From contig JBOZIK010000001.1 in the NCBI GenBank assembly GCA_051453625.1, forward strand, positions 13,797,803 through 13,846,914: a stretch of 49,112 bases of DNA, written 5' to 3'. The translations under genes and the position numbers were made by a program. The notes under the pieces were generated by a model that did not search any database, was not told the DNA's origin, and saw nothing but the letters and a program-made list of their open reading frames with translations. Within the stretch, counting starts at the first letter, position 1. Every line of letters begins with the position of its first letter. This document shows, piece after piece, positions 24,617 through 39,100 of the stretch. The DNA is from Welwitschia mirabilis (lineage: Eukaryota).

Positions 24617-24750
24617 TCCACTACCTCACTCAGTGATCTATGGATTTATTAATTTCACTACCTCACTTAAGGATCTATCAGCTTCTCATATTCCACTGCC
24701 TCACATGGTGATTGTGGATTTATTAATCCTACTACCTCACTTGGTAATTT
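24617..24750. repeat. ~38-bp tandem subrepeat inside the LTR (ttccactacctcact...gatctatggattt), about 4 copies; also at 31025-31160
   Basis: Directly visible in both LTRs. Confidence 0.85.
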
Positions 24751-27700
24751 CTTGTTTTATTTACTAAGCTAATTATATTTTATTTCTCCACTTCATGAGA
24801 ATTAAGATCACATAAGAATAATTTGAATATACAACTAAGATTCATATAAAAATTTCAAATCAATAGGGATAAACAAGACATTTTAGAAATTTACAAGAAT
24901 TCAAAGAAAATAATATATTTATTAAGAAAACAAGAATTTCCTTGGATCACACAAAAGAATTGGATCATATATAAGAAATAATCATGACCATACAAGAAAT
25001 TCAAAATGTATTTGGAATGATAGTAGTAAATTAACAAGTATTATAGGCTATGAAAATAAAGAGAAAACATAGATATTATTTAGAAGAAATAATGNNNNNN
25101 NNNNNNNNNNNNNNNNNNNNNNNNNNNNNNNNNNNNNNNNNNNNNNNNNNNNNNNNNNNNNNNNNNNNNNNNNNNNNNNNNNNNNNNNNNNNNNACCATA
25201 GATATTATTTAGAAGAAATAATGGGTTATTGAATAAGAGAGTAAGAATTTAATAAATACAAATATAAAACCATGTAAGATATGCAAGAATTATAATTTTA
25301 GGTCATGAAAGATTCAATAAGTATATTATACCATACTAGAAATAAAGATAAACCTAAAATAATATCTATGATGTAATATGAAGTTATTAAGATTTTAAGA
25401 ATGCTATGCTAAAGCTCTAAAGAATCCAAGATTCTAAAAACTTTAAAGTTTTCAAAGCTATAAGGTAGAAGTTCTTTAATAATTAAAGACTAAAGGATCT
25501 TTAAAATAATAATACTAAGGAAAAAATAGATCCTCTTTATAATGAGATAAAGGAATTCAAAAGATATTGCAAATTTTAAGGAATATATATAAGTCATTGC
25601 TAGTCTTTAAAAAATGGTTATGATTTCCTAACCCCTAATCATTACTTTTCCTAACCACTAAGTACATTTAATGTTTTATCATAATAATAGTAAATGGTCA
25701 TGATACCAAAAATTAATTTACCAATAAATTATTAATAGAAATGAAAAAGATGCCAATGAGCTACATAATCCAAGAAGTTCTTGATATTTTCCCAAAATTA
25801 GTATAAATAAGATAAGTCTTAGTTACATGACAAATTTCTATTTGTAAAAAAGACAAAGAATCATTAGTATTTAATCTAATAAGCCCTTCAAACAAAAATG
25901 CTAAAATTATAAAAACATATCACTACTTGTAATGTTTAGTAAGCAATTTTAGCAGAAACTTCAAGATAAGATTTTGTCACATATAAATATTTATCATAAT
26001 AAATACATGTTAATCACTAATAAAGAAAATGTGACATCATAATTATGGGTGTTACTTAGGAGCCATTACTAAAATAAATTATTAAAATAAGCTAACATAA
26101 TGCATCTTAATAATTATAACCATTACAAGAATCTTTAGTATGCACTAAAATGAGAAAAGAATAAAATAAAGGAATATGCTAATCATTGTACATTAAATGC
26201 AATAGTTACAAAGGAAAATAAAATAATATTCATATAGCCCCTAATTTAACTACTAAAAATATATGTTAAATAAATAAGAAAAGTACAAAAATAATATTAT
26301 TAATGATAGTGGTTAGAAAAATAAAAAGCATTTAAAATAATAATTATAACAAAACAAGTTTTCACAAAGTAAATGATTACATCTTAAATAATAATAATAT
26401 GATAATATATAAAGAATAAATAAATAATCTAGTAATTAAATTATCTTAGTAATTCCTACTAAGTAAAAATTATTTTTATTTAGTTTTTATTAAATTATTT
26501 AGGTCAGATCCTTAGACCTTAGAAATATGAATGTGACATTTCTAACCTCTTAAAACATTTCGTCATTAAAAATTGAAAAAGAATGCTAAGGTTTTCACTA
26601 TAATACATTTATTTCATACTTGCAATAACTTCTACTTCTGTCTCTCTCAAGTATTACACTTTATAATGTTGGATTTATCTTTCTTTTAGTATAGCTTTCT
26701 TTTAACCAAAATTTTAATTCATTAAACTTTAGATGTATAGGTTGGTTGAGTGTCCACTTGTTAATTTTCTAACTATGGATAACTTAGTTCTATTCTTGGA
26801 ATTTAAACATAAATTCATGTCAAAATAATTTATAAATTATTTAAAATACTTAATATGATAAATAATATTTTATTAGACAAATCCTCCTTCAATTCCATGT
26901 AAATGATTAAATAAGTTGAAATGTTATCCAAAAACTTATTAATCAATGATATGTATTATCTTAATAAGTATAATACTAGTTACCTCTTGCATATAAAATG
27001 ATTAAGACTCTACGATGTCTCTTTCTCCTTCATATTACTCTCTTTGCTGTCAATTGTCTTTTCTATTTCTTATGGTTGTAATAGAAGGTAATCCTCTTAG
27101 GGATACATGGCTTCCATAGTAAATATATTGTACATACTTCTATTAAAGTTGCCTCATGTTTATGTGTTGATAACTAAAGCCAAATATTATTTTATCTCTT
27201 TTTTACTATGGTATCTAATTTTCCTAATAGATCCAAGAATTCAAAAGGGTAAAATATTTAATCTTTAAATATATATTAATTACAATATTCAAAAGTAGTT
27301 TAAAATCCAAAGCATTTCATTAATGGCAATATAAGAAGTCCATACAAGGTTGGACTTGAAAGATATTCTTCACAAGAAATATCAATCATTCATTCATTTT
27401 TCTTTATTTATTTTCCTTATTGTTTAAATTGGTTGAAACCATTTTGTTTCCTTTATTGCTCACATTAGTTGAAATCATGTAATATAATATATCTACAATG
27501 GTTTCTATCAATTTATAAATTTTTCCAATGAAACAATAACCTAAAAGTTATTAATATATTTTTTTTTGTTACATAAGTTAGATATCATGATTTATAACAA
27601 TTCTTAGCAGTAATTGAATACTATATATTTAATTACATAAGTGGGTGAGTGTGATGATTTAAAGGAAGTATTAATAGTAACTATATACTTATTTCTTTTC

Positions 27701-29619
27701 AAGCCTATAACATTTCATTTATGTCCTTTTCATTATCAAAAGCATTAAATAATCACTGGCTTCATTTAATTAAACCAAGGATCCACCACTACCATACTCT
27801 ACCTCATAAGTTTGACACCATAAAAGGATAGAAAAGACCTTTGCTTTACCCTCCTTTGCTAATCTGAGAAATAAAAAATGTAACTTTTAAGTTTATAGGG
27901 GAAAGTAAGGGAAATATGTTACATTACTTCACACTAATAATGATGCAAATGTGATTCTACTAGTCATGTATTTACACATAATTGTATCATGCAAAATCAT
28001 ACAATAGAGGTATAATCTTAAAACCATTCATAATATTATTTATAATACTAGTTATTCAAGGTTAACTTCAATGGAAGATTAAAGACATAATGGATTAATA
28101 AGTGAGTATATTAATGAAAGAAAAAATCTGATTTACCTCTCTTATGTTCCAATCACTTTCTTATCATATCAATCTCAACCATGGTTTCTTTGTATTTCTT
28201 ATCATCTCTTATAATTTTTATAGCTATATAATTATTATGATTATAATACAAGTATTAAAAGACTTAACTAAAGGTACCTACAAAATTACTAAAAACTCTA
28301 GTAATATACATGTTGAATTTTATAACACAGATCACTAATGAAAAATAAATTCCTAATATTACCTTCACTCATTTTTCTCATAATTCCAACTATTGGGTAA
28401 ATAAAAAGAAGAAATTAATAATAAATATTATCATAATTAAGGACTAGAAAGATAGTTAAAAAAGGAGTAATTNNNNNNNNNNNNNNNNNNNNNNNNNNNN
28501 NNNNNNNNNNNNNNNNNNNNNNNNNNNNNNNNNNNNNNNNNNNNNNNNNNNNNNNNNNNNNNNNNNNNNTTTAAATCAATTCTATAGTTCATCTTCCCTA
28601 ATAAATAAAAAACAACATCATCTTCTATTGTACACTTGTTATAACTATTACAATAAACATTTAGAAACAAAGCATTTTGCATTTAAATTTCCAAGACTGA
28701 TTGGATTTGCAATTAAAAATAAAAATTGTAATATGTATCAAAAATTTTCTATTACCTCTTAATTTAGATATTTGGCCATAACTTTACTCTATTATCACTA
28801 ATTAAAAAGAAAAACTTAAGAAAACTAATCATATAACCCATACATATGCATAAAACATTAACATTATCTAAAGTAAAACAAAATAAAGGAAAACGTATTT
28901 AAATGATAAATAGGTATTAATTTAAAAAAGAAAAAAATGTCAAGAAAGAAGCTAAATCAAAGAGTGAATTGCTAGTGGAACAATAAGAAAAATGATAATT
29001 AACTATTAAAACCCCATCTTAAGTGTATACAAAATAAAATCCTAGGATGAGGTATGTTTTTGATGCCTTTTAGGATTTTTAGTACCAAGATTTTAACATT
29101 GCAATTATTATAAATCCAAAAATACTAAACACAATACAAAAATATAAAATACCATCCAAAATACCTAGGAATAATTTCTCCTAGAAACTTTACATCATGA
29201 CATAAAATAAAGAGTTAATACAATAACATAATAAGAAGGAGTAATATTTATAGTGGCTTGAAAAGGAAGAAAAATCCATCTATGATGTATGCCATTGAAA
29301 AGTTAGATTAAAAAGTTCTAAAGATAGGCTGAAAAATGATGTTAACTAAGACCTATTCATAAATATAAAGTTTTATCACAAATGTGCATGTTTTTGAAAA
29401 ATAAATATTTGGGTTACCAACATGAGATAAATTTGAAGTGATGATTCTCTTTTTCTTAATGGTCTTTTTGTAGTGATGGTTCTTTCTCTTAGCAATAGTG
29501 GAACTTTAATAAAAATAAACTTCCATGCTATTAAGTAACATATCTAGAGTTAACACAAGCCTTAACTAACCCCCTAAAATAAGATCATTTAGATAAATTA
29601 TTCAGCTACAAATTCAAAT

Positions 29620-29685
29620 TCTTCCCCTATCTTTCTCCCTTCGCCCTCTTTCTCTCCCTCTCTCCCTCCCCCCTGGCTCCTCCTC
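29620..29685. repeat. CT-rich low-complexity tract running into a gap
   Basis: ctttctcccttcgccctctttctctccctctctccctccccc. Confidence 0.8.
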
Positions 29686-32600
29686 NNNNNNNNNNNNNNN
29701 NNNNNNNNNNNNNNNNNNNNNNNNNNNNNNNNNNNNNNNNNNNNNNNNNNNNNNNNNNNNNNNNNNNNNNNNNNNNNNNNNNNNNNNNNNNNNNNNNNNN
29801 NNNNNNNNNNNNNNNNNNNNNNNNNNNNNNNNNNNNNNNNNNNNNNNNNNNNNNNNCATCTATATTTTTCACCTAAAAACTTTGAATGTTGCTCTGATAT
29901 CAAAATGTAACATCCTAATTTTTAATCCAAAAACTACAAATTTCATAGTGATACTAAAACATGATATTCATAATATATAATATCATGATTATGCATTAAT
30001 TATAAATTAGCATGATAAAAAAAACTTTGATCTAATACCAAAATGTAAAGTTTAAAATTTTTACCTAAAAGCTTTAATAGAATTATGAAAACCTAAAGGC
30101 TAAGTCCTAGAAGAAAAGAACATTTTACAATAGGAAATATTATGTGCTAGATAAATCTATTAAAATAAAGCTTTAGTAAACCTTTAAATATAAGCCTATT
30201 ATAATTATAATNNNNNNNNNNNNNNNNNNNNNNNNNNNNNNNNNNNNNNNNNNNNNNNNNNNNNNNNNNNNNNNNNNNNNNNNNNNNNNNNNNNNNNNNN
30301 NNNNNNNNNNNNNNNNNNNNNNNNNNNNNNNNNNNNNNNNNNNNNNNNNNNNNNNNNNNNNNNNNNNNNNNNNNNNNNNNNNNNNNNNNNNNNNNNNNNN
30401 NNNNNNNNNNNNNNNNNNNNNNNNNNNNNNNNNNNNNNNNNNNNNNNNNNNNNNNNNNNNNNNNNNNNNNNNNNNNNNNNNNNNNNNNNNNNNNNNNNNN
30501 NNNNNNNNNNNNNNNNNNNNNNNNNNNNNNNNNNNNNNNNNNNNNNNNNNNNNNNNNNNNNNNNNNNNNNNNNNNNNNNNNNNNNNNNNNNNNNNNNNNN
30601 NNNNNNNNNNNNNNNNNNNNNNNNNNNNNNNNNNNNNNNNNNNNNNNNNNNNNNNNNNNNNNNNNNNNNNNNNNNNNNNNNNNNNNNNNNNNNNNNNNNN
30701 NNNNNNNNNNNNNNNNNNNNNNNNNNNNNNNNNNNNNNNNNNNNNNNNNNNNNNNNNNNNNNNNNNNNNNNNNNNNNNNNNNNNNNNNNNNNNNNNNNNN
30801 NNNNNNNNNNNNNNNNNNNNNNNNNNNNNNNNNNNNNNNNNNNNNNNNNNNNNNNNNNNNNNNNNNNNNNNNNNNNNNNNNNNNNNNNNNNNNNNNNNNN
30901 GCAAGACAAAGAAAAAGGTAGGAAAAACCCTAATAGTATAAGATAAGATAAGAATAAGGTCTCCAAATTACTAAGTATAAGATTTATGAAAATGAAATGA
31001 GAATAAATAGTTTATAATTTTTCTTCCACTACCTCACTCAACTATCTATGGATTTATTTTTTTGTTCCACTACCTCATTTAGTAATCTATGGATTTATCA
31101 ATTTCACTACTTAACTTGGTGATTTGTGGTTTTCTTATATTCCAATACCTCACTTGACAANNNNNNNNNNNNNNNNNNNNNNNNNNNNNNNNNNNNNNNN
31201 NNNNNAGTTCTTATTTTTATAAATATTTAAAGGAAGAGGACAAGATTTACCATCATACGTTATTATGCCTAATATTAAGATACTCCATAAGTTTTCTAAC
31301 AAGGCATCATTTTTCTACTTTATAAGAAAGAAAGTTATGCAATAATGAATTTTAAAAATACCATCATGTAGATTTTTAAAAAAATAAATAATCAAAATAC
31401 TTTAATATTTTACAAGAATTCCAAGAAATAATAGATTTAAGAAACCAAAACTATTTTAGACCATGAAGGAATGCAATAACATAAAATCATACAAGAAATA
31501 AAGATGACATCCTAGAACCATACAAGAAATAAGAGAATATTATAGGACATTCATGAGATATAGATAAGTCTAAGACCATTAAAAAGATGTATAAAAAACT
31601 AGTACCATACAAGTAATTTAATAAGCATTACAGACTATGCAAATGAAAAGAAAATATAGAGATTATTTTAAAGAAATAATGGATCATAGAATAAGGGAGT
31701 AAGAATTCAATAAATACATATATAAAAGCATGTAATCCAAGAATTGCAAGTATAAGTTTTAGGCCATAACAAATTCAAGACATTCATTAGACCATATCAG
31801 AAATAAAGAGAATATTAAAACAATATCCATGATTTAACATAAAGTTTTTCACACTTTTAAGATTGCTATGTTCAATCTTCAAAAGCTCCAAGATTCTAAA
31901 CACTTTTAAAGGTTCTAAAGCTCCAAGGTAGAAGGTTTCTAGTAATTAAGGATTAAAGGATCTCCAAAAGAATAAGAATAAGGAGAAAAGAGATCCTATT
32001 TATAATGAGATAAAGAACTTCAAAAGATATTGGGAATTTCAAGACACACATACAAGAAATTACTATTTACTGAAAAATGGTTGTCATTTCCTAACCCTCA
32101 ATCATTACTTTGCTGGGTTACCAGGTACATTTAATATTTCATCAAAATAATAGTAAATGCTTATCATGTCAAAAACTAATTTAACAATAAATAAATAATA
32201 TCCATGAAAAAGATTCCTTCATCATCAATGCATGGGTTACATAACCTAATAGGTTCTTGACATTTTTCTAAAACAAATATAAATAAGATAAATCTTAATT
32301 ACATGATATCTTTTTATTTGTAGAAAAAATAAAGAATAATTTATATTAACTCTAATAATCCTTCAAAGAAAAATCCCAAAGCTATAAAAACATGCCACTA
32401 CTTGTAATTATTAAGAAAGAATCAAGATGAAATGTGTAGTAAGTACTTTTAATAAAAATATCAAGGTAAAATTTTGCCATATGTAAATATTTATCATAAT
32501 GAATACATGTTAACAACTAATAAAAGAAAATGCAACATCATAATTATGGGTGTTACTTAAGGTGCACTACTAAAATAAAATATTATAATAAGCCAACATA

Positions 32601-35600
32601 ATGCATTTTGATAATTATAACTATTACAAAAATCTTTTGTATGCCCTAAAATGAAAAAATAATAAAACAATGAAATATACTAATTGTTATACATTAAATG
32701 CAATAATTACAGAAGGAAATAAAATAATATTTATATAACCACTAATTTAGCTACTAAAAGTACATCATTAAATAAACGAGAAAAGACTACAAGAATAATA
32801 TTAATCATAGTAGTCACAAAAAAGAAAGCATTTAAGAAAATAATTATAGTAAAATGAGTTTTTGAAAAGTAAAGAGTTACATCTTAAATAATAATAATAT
32901 CCTAATAAATAAAAAGCAAATAAATAATCTAGAAATTAAATCAGCGTAGTACATCATAATAAATAAAAAATATTTTTATTTAAGTATTTAGGTTAAATCC
33001 TTGAACTTTTAAAAATTGTGATAACCTAGGTGTAAGTAAAAATGAGGTTATTAATGTTTTACTCATCCTCAAATTCATAAGTTTATATATTACTTATATG
33101 AAAGATTTCTAAAAGATATGACATGGTGCAAAGTCTACCGTTGATGATTCTTAAAGAGTAAAAATGATACATGGTGGAAGTTTAACCATGAAGACTTAAG
33201 TAATCATGTCATTATGGTTTGAAGAAGATCTAGTAAGTTTATCATACAAGTATTTGATTTGAATTTAATTATTGTTTTTCACATAAATGTGATAGATCGA
33301 CAACTTTAATGTTATAGAAGAAAATGAAGGAATTAATGATGGTGAAGTAGCCTTAAATTGTAATAGTGTTATAGAGATATTTTACTTTGATTACTTTGAT
33401 CATTCCCTATCTCTATTTTGCATAACTTTTATTACAACATTTTCTAGTATTATCATATTAAATTAATCAAACCTCTAGATGCATAATCTCCTTAACTAAT
33501 CCTAGTATGATCCCTTTTTTCCATTAGAAAATATCATCTAGTTTAATATTTATTAATTATTATTATTATATTTGTTAAAAATATGTAAATAATCATTTAA
33601 AGGATGTGATGCTTAAGAAAATAATTGTATGTAATAATGAAGAGCCATGAATCTTATGAAAAATTATGATAACATATCACCATCATTAAAACAAGGGGAA
33701 TGAAAGAGTAAAGGGCATGCATATGAGTTATGTAGGTATACTAAATTCTTGAAAAATGGGCCTAATCCCCCTACTGGTCCTACAAACTTGACCTTGAAGG
33801 CAATATGACTTGGCTAGTCCATTGTACTAAAGCCTTGTATTTAACATGGGAAGGTATTAATAAACTATCATGAATAAGCTAATGTTATATTTAGAACTAG
33901 ATTACTAAAGTTTTTCAGTCTTTTAGATTCCCATGTTATACTTAATAATTTTATGTTAAAGATAATAATAAAATATATTTAAATGAATTTGAGACACCAT
34001 AATTGGTACTAGTTAAAAAAAAATCTATAAAATGAAAAGTAAAATTCTTGAAAAAAGAACATCATTTTTATTAACTATATAGAAAGACAGTATAAGAACA
34101 AGAACCAAAGTAGTACAAAGAAATAAAAGATCTCTATGAACTAAAAGATTAATAACATTAGCAATGGAGGTTTCAGTTCACATTAAGACTATTCTTTATC
34201 TAGAGTAGAGTAGGAGTAAAAAATATTTAGTAATGGGTCAACGAGATTAGGAAGTATCTTACCTTTATAGTAGCTAGAAATAGATAATCTAAAGTAATAG
34301 ATTTACTATAATAATTTTAAGAATACTGGTAATGCACTTTTAAGAGTTCACTAGATGCTCCTTTAAAATACTACATCAATGATAGCATGTGCATAAGTAT
34401 TTCTTTTCTATAATAATCCTATTCAAGAAATGATTCATTACTCATTATAGATGGGCTATGTAAGCATGTTTTTACATAAGCATGATAGTGTAACAAGTGT
34501 ATGCTTAATTTGTATCTATTTGTTATTAAAAAAATAGTTTTCAAGATGGAGTAAATTCATCCCAATTTATAAAAAATAAAGAAAATAGTTAATACTCTAT
34601 CAATATGAGTACAAGCCATTGAAAAGGAATAAAAAGTAATAAATTACCTCTAACATATAAAGAAAAAGGCTAAAAGTTTTAAGCTAGTACGTCTTGTGAT
34701 GGGATATCTACTAAACCACCTTAGGTTCACTAATTCTAAGCTCAAAATCTCTATGAATAAGATTCTTANNNNNNNNNNNNNNNNNNNNNNNNNNNNNNNN
34801 NNNNNNNNNNNNNNNNNNNNNNNNNNNNNNNNNNNNNNNNNNNNNNNNNNNNNNNNNNNNNNNNNNNNGATTCTTAAAATCATCCATAAGATAATGAAAA
34901 TAAAATATCCCTAGCCTATTGGATATCCTCCTCAAATTTGCAACCCTATTGATCATGAATATGAAATCATCCTTCTAATAATATTACTCAGTGTCTTGCT
35001 TTACAATTAAGCCTTTTAATTATTTGGCTTGATTAAGCCTTACAAGAAGGACCTGAATGTTTGACATCAAATGAATATTACCCATTCTAAAAAAATTATA
35101 TAATCATGAAATGAAAAAGAAGTATAATTATAAATATAAATACATCATAACCTGGTGCTTGTTTCTTTGAATAATTAAAGAAGAGATTCACTCCTCCTCC
35201 TCATGAACTAGTGGAGGTGGAATAGTTGAAGGAATTTTTAGAGGAAGAACTTTTCCTATCCTTTATCATTGTGAAGTTCTTAATGATAATTCCTTATAAG
35301 TATCCATATACAATAATTTAACATGTTAAGAACTAACTCCAAACTTCAAAGACATGAAATTATAAAAAATAAATAGATATGTTATTTGAGTAAAATATAC
35401 TCATGAAAGAATACACAAAATATCCTTTCTCATTAAAGGAAGGAGCAGTTCTATAAGGATCAAATTTAAGTAGAAAAAATAAAGGAATGATAATATTGAA
35501 AGGAATACTAATTTATCTAATATTTACAAAGGTTTCTTTCACATCAAAAGCAAAATACAATAAGAAAAGAACATTTTCACAAGTTAAGAATTCATAATCT

Positions 35601-36102
35601 AAATCTTGTTTAGTCTTTATTTAGTTATGAAACAAATTTTGAATAAATACTATAACTCTAATCAAATGAGACTTCTCTATTTTAAGAAACAAATAGCAAT
35701 TAAATGGTGTATTCAAAAGTTGGAAAGACCAAGAATGCAAGAATCCTTAATAAGCAATCAAAATCTCTAAATATATGTAATAAGGAACTAACATGATTTT
35801 CATAGATATATAATGATATTTATAATGATAAATATTTATATTTTCATAAAGTTAAAGAATGTGATTTTGAAGAAATATAAGGATTATAACTCATAGATGA
35901 AAAATACTATAGATTTAAGGATTTCTTTATGTAAACTAAAGGTATGCTTAATAGATTAAGAGATTATATTTACTAAATCAAGTTGAGGGTAACAATAGGT
36001 ATCAACCTCACCATCATAAGAGGTATAAATCAAATCTAAAATAAAACAATTTCTAGGAAGATGAAAGTAAAACTAAAGGAAGAAAATAAGATCTAAGATA
36101 TT

Positions 36103-39100
36103 TATTAACATGTAAAAATTGACATTCTAGTTAAATTAATTAATTAATTTATCTTATGGACTTATCATCTTTTCATAACATTTTTAGGATATTTATTACA
36201 CTTTTACGAACATGTTTTAAAATGATGATTATCCAAGCTAAAATGGTGGCACTACAGTCTAGGTTACCTAACATCATTGGTCCTATATAGAATACTCCCA
36301 AACTCATGTTCCTAACTTATCATGCAAAATTAAGTCAAATGTAGTTATGAAATTAATCATATTCTACATTAAAAATGACTTGCATCTTTGATGATCCATG
36401 GTCGTGATGATGATGACATGTAGTAATGACATGTAGTATTGCTAAGTAGGATGATTATAAAAACACATGACAACATTAGTAATTAGCAAAAGAAGTAGCA
36501 TCTAGAAGTTAAGTGTTACACTCATCATAATGATTTCTACCTAATGCAAGATGACAAATGTTCATCTAATGCTACATGCCATATTTTATAACCCCTCATC
36601 TAATACTATAAGTCAAGGGATTATAAGCATCATTCACCTTCCATCCTTGTTTATAAAAGAGCCTTAAGCCCTTAGTTATAACATTCTTTATTTTGAAAAT
36701 CGAAAGAATCCTTGGAGTGTCAAGTTAACATGGCCTTATGAGTCCTTTATTTAGGAAGAAAGCTTGCTATAAGGATATCTTGACGAGTCTCATCTAGCTT
36801 CCTTCTTTTTTTGTTATTAATGTATCTTTTCTTTAATATAAAGTAGATGTCATTTTGATTTTGAGTTATAAATAACTTCATACTTTTAATGCTTAGTGAA
36901 TCTACTCTATTAAGTTCTTTTATCACTTGATTCAATTCATTAGTTAATTGATCTAAGTTATTTTTAATTTGATGGATCTTGAGTACACTAAGTCCTTAAC
37001 TTCCATGCTTATTTTAAGGCTATGAAGGATAAAGTAACTTTTGAATTTACCAAATATCATATGATAAATGTGATTATATCACTATAATCTCATTAGAGTC
37101 AAGAATAGATGGTGGATAAATTAGATGAGCTTGCTTACTTTCTTGCTTCTCCAATCAAAATTTTAAAACATTTCTTAATTCTCTATCTTTTTTTTATTTG
37201 TAACTTATAAGTTAAGCAAGATTGTGTAATTTCTANNNNNNNNNNNNNNNNNNNNNNNNNNNNNNNNNNNNNNNNNNNNNNNNNNNNNNNNNNNNNNNNN
37301 NNNNNNNNNNNNNNNNNNNNNNNNNNNNNNNNNNNTGTAGTATTGCTAAGTAGGATGATTATAAAAACACATGATAACATTAGTAATTAGCAAAAGGAGT
37401 AGCATCTAGAAGTCAAGTGTTACACTCATCATAATGATTTCTATCTAATACAAGATGACAAATGTCCATCTAATGCCATATGCCATATTTTATAACCCCT
37501 CATCTAATACTATAAGTCAAGGGATGATAACCATCATTAACCTTCCATCCTTGTTTATAAAAGGGCCTTGAGCCCTTCATTATAACATTCTTTATTTTGG
37601 AAATCAAAAGAATCCTTGGAGTGTCAAGTTGACATGGCCTTATGAGTCCTTATTTAGGAATTAAGCTTGCTATAATGTTATCTTGACAAGTCTCATCTAG
37701 CTTCCTTCTTTTTTTGTCATTTTGATTTTGAGTTATAAATAACTTCATACTTTTAATGCTTAGTGAATCTATTCTATTAAGTTCTTTTATCACTTGATTC
37801 AATTCATTAGATAATTGGTCTAAGTTATTTTTAATTTGATGAATCTTGAATACACTAAGTCCTTAACTTCCATGCTTATTTTAAGGCTATGAAGGATCAA
37901 GTAACTTTTGAATTTACCAAATCTCATATGATAAAAATGATTATATCACTATAATCTCATTGGAATTAAGAATAGATGGTGGATAAATTAGATGAGCTTG
38001 CTTACTTTCTTGCTTCTCCAATCGAAATTTTGAAACATTTCTTAATTCTCTGTCTTTTTTTTTATTTGTAACTTATAAGTTAAGCAAGATGCTGTAATTT
38101 CTAAAATTCAATCCAAATTATCTCTATCAAATAATGATATTGATTTTTAAACTATTTTTAAATCCAGTTATATATCAAAATGAATAAAATAGTGGTTTCT
38201 TTATTAGGGATAAAAGCATGGTAGCTACTCAGAAAGAGCACAAATTTTACTTTTTGTTAGTTTTTTAGTTAGTTTTTATTTTTTAAGTGATAGATACTAG
38301 TCCACTTCAGTGATATGCAAGATGATCCTCATGTTCTTTCTTTTGTATATTATTTCCTTTTTCTTTTTTTTTTTTTAGTAGTTTGTATTGATTACTTCCA
38401 GTAATACCTAAACTAGTGTTGCTTTTAGCTTTTTTAAGTTTTTGGTCTAACTTAATTTGTATGAAAGTCTGATAAGTTTTATAGGTTATAATCATAAAGA
38501 TAAAAAATTAAAATTTTTCTTAACTCTCATTACATGGTTTCTTTTTCTTATACCTTTTTAATTCAGGTTTCAAAATTCTATTCAATGAAGTTTGCAAGTT
38601 TGCTATTATAAGGATTACAAATATAAAAAAATTTAGGATTTAATTTTTATTATGATAGGTTTGTGTGCATTATCACATTTCATTTTTGTGATTATAATAT
38701 GTTTAACAATCTATAATAATTTTGTGAATCCCTAAAACATCTATGAAATTAAAAATTTCATCTAAACTAGTGATGACACATTTCTTAAGTGATGCTACTA
38801 GATTTTTTACTCAAAAGTCTCTCATACTTTATAGAAAGCCTTTTGTGTTACTCATTTAAACCCTTTTTGGTATTGGACCTTCTTTGAATGTTCAAAGATT
38901 CATGAATACATAATCTTTTAATAATCTTCATACACTATTCTTTAAATCCTAATATGGGTTAAAAATCTATTTTCTTTGTGAGATAATATAAAGTACCTTC
39001 TAAACTCTCATCTACCTATGAAAACTGTGAAAACCTTTATGAATTGCTTAATCACATTTAACCTAAGAAAACTTATTGGACTACCTCTAATTTAATTATC

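Larger units (their letters stand above)
23812..33023 (-). mobile_element. Tekay/Del-like Ty3/gypsy LTR element, internally deleted (non-autonomous), with a 5-bp TSD
   Basis: ACCTA flanks both ends (23807-23811 and 33024-33028). Two homologous ~2.7-3.1 kb LTRs (23812-26538 and ~29851-33023) start TGTAA and end TGTGACA/TGTGATA on the + strand. Tekay-type PPT on the minus strand (aatttttaatgacgaaatgttttaagaggttagaaa) at 26539-26574. PBS-like gctctgatatca at 29891-29902. Confidence 0.85.

Noticed and set aside
24617-24750. CRISPR-like short repeats
   Set aside because: The units are contiguous homologous tandem repeats with no unique spacers, inside a plant LTR, with no cas genes.
30173-30966. 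Long ORFs spanning N runs (also 3057-3621, 29598-29903, 41860-42759)
   Set aside because: They are open only because Ns contain no stop codons.
33050-36100. Possible host gene or TE coding relic
   Set aside because: No recognisable motif or sustained reading frame found by eye; left unannotated.
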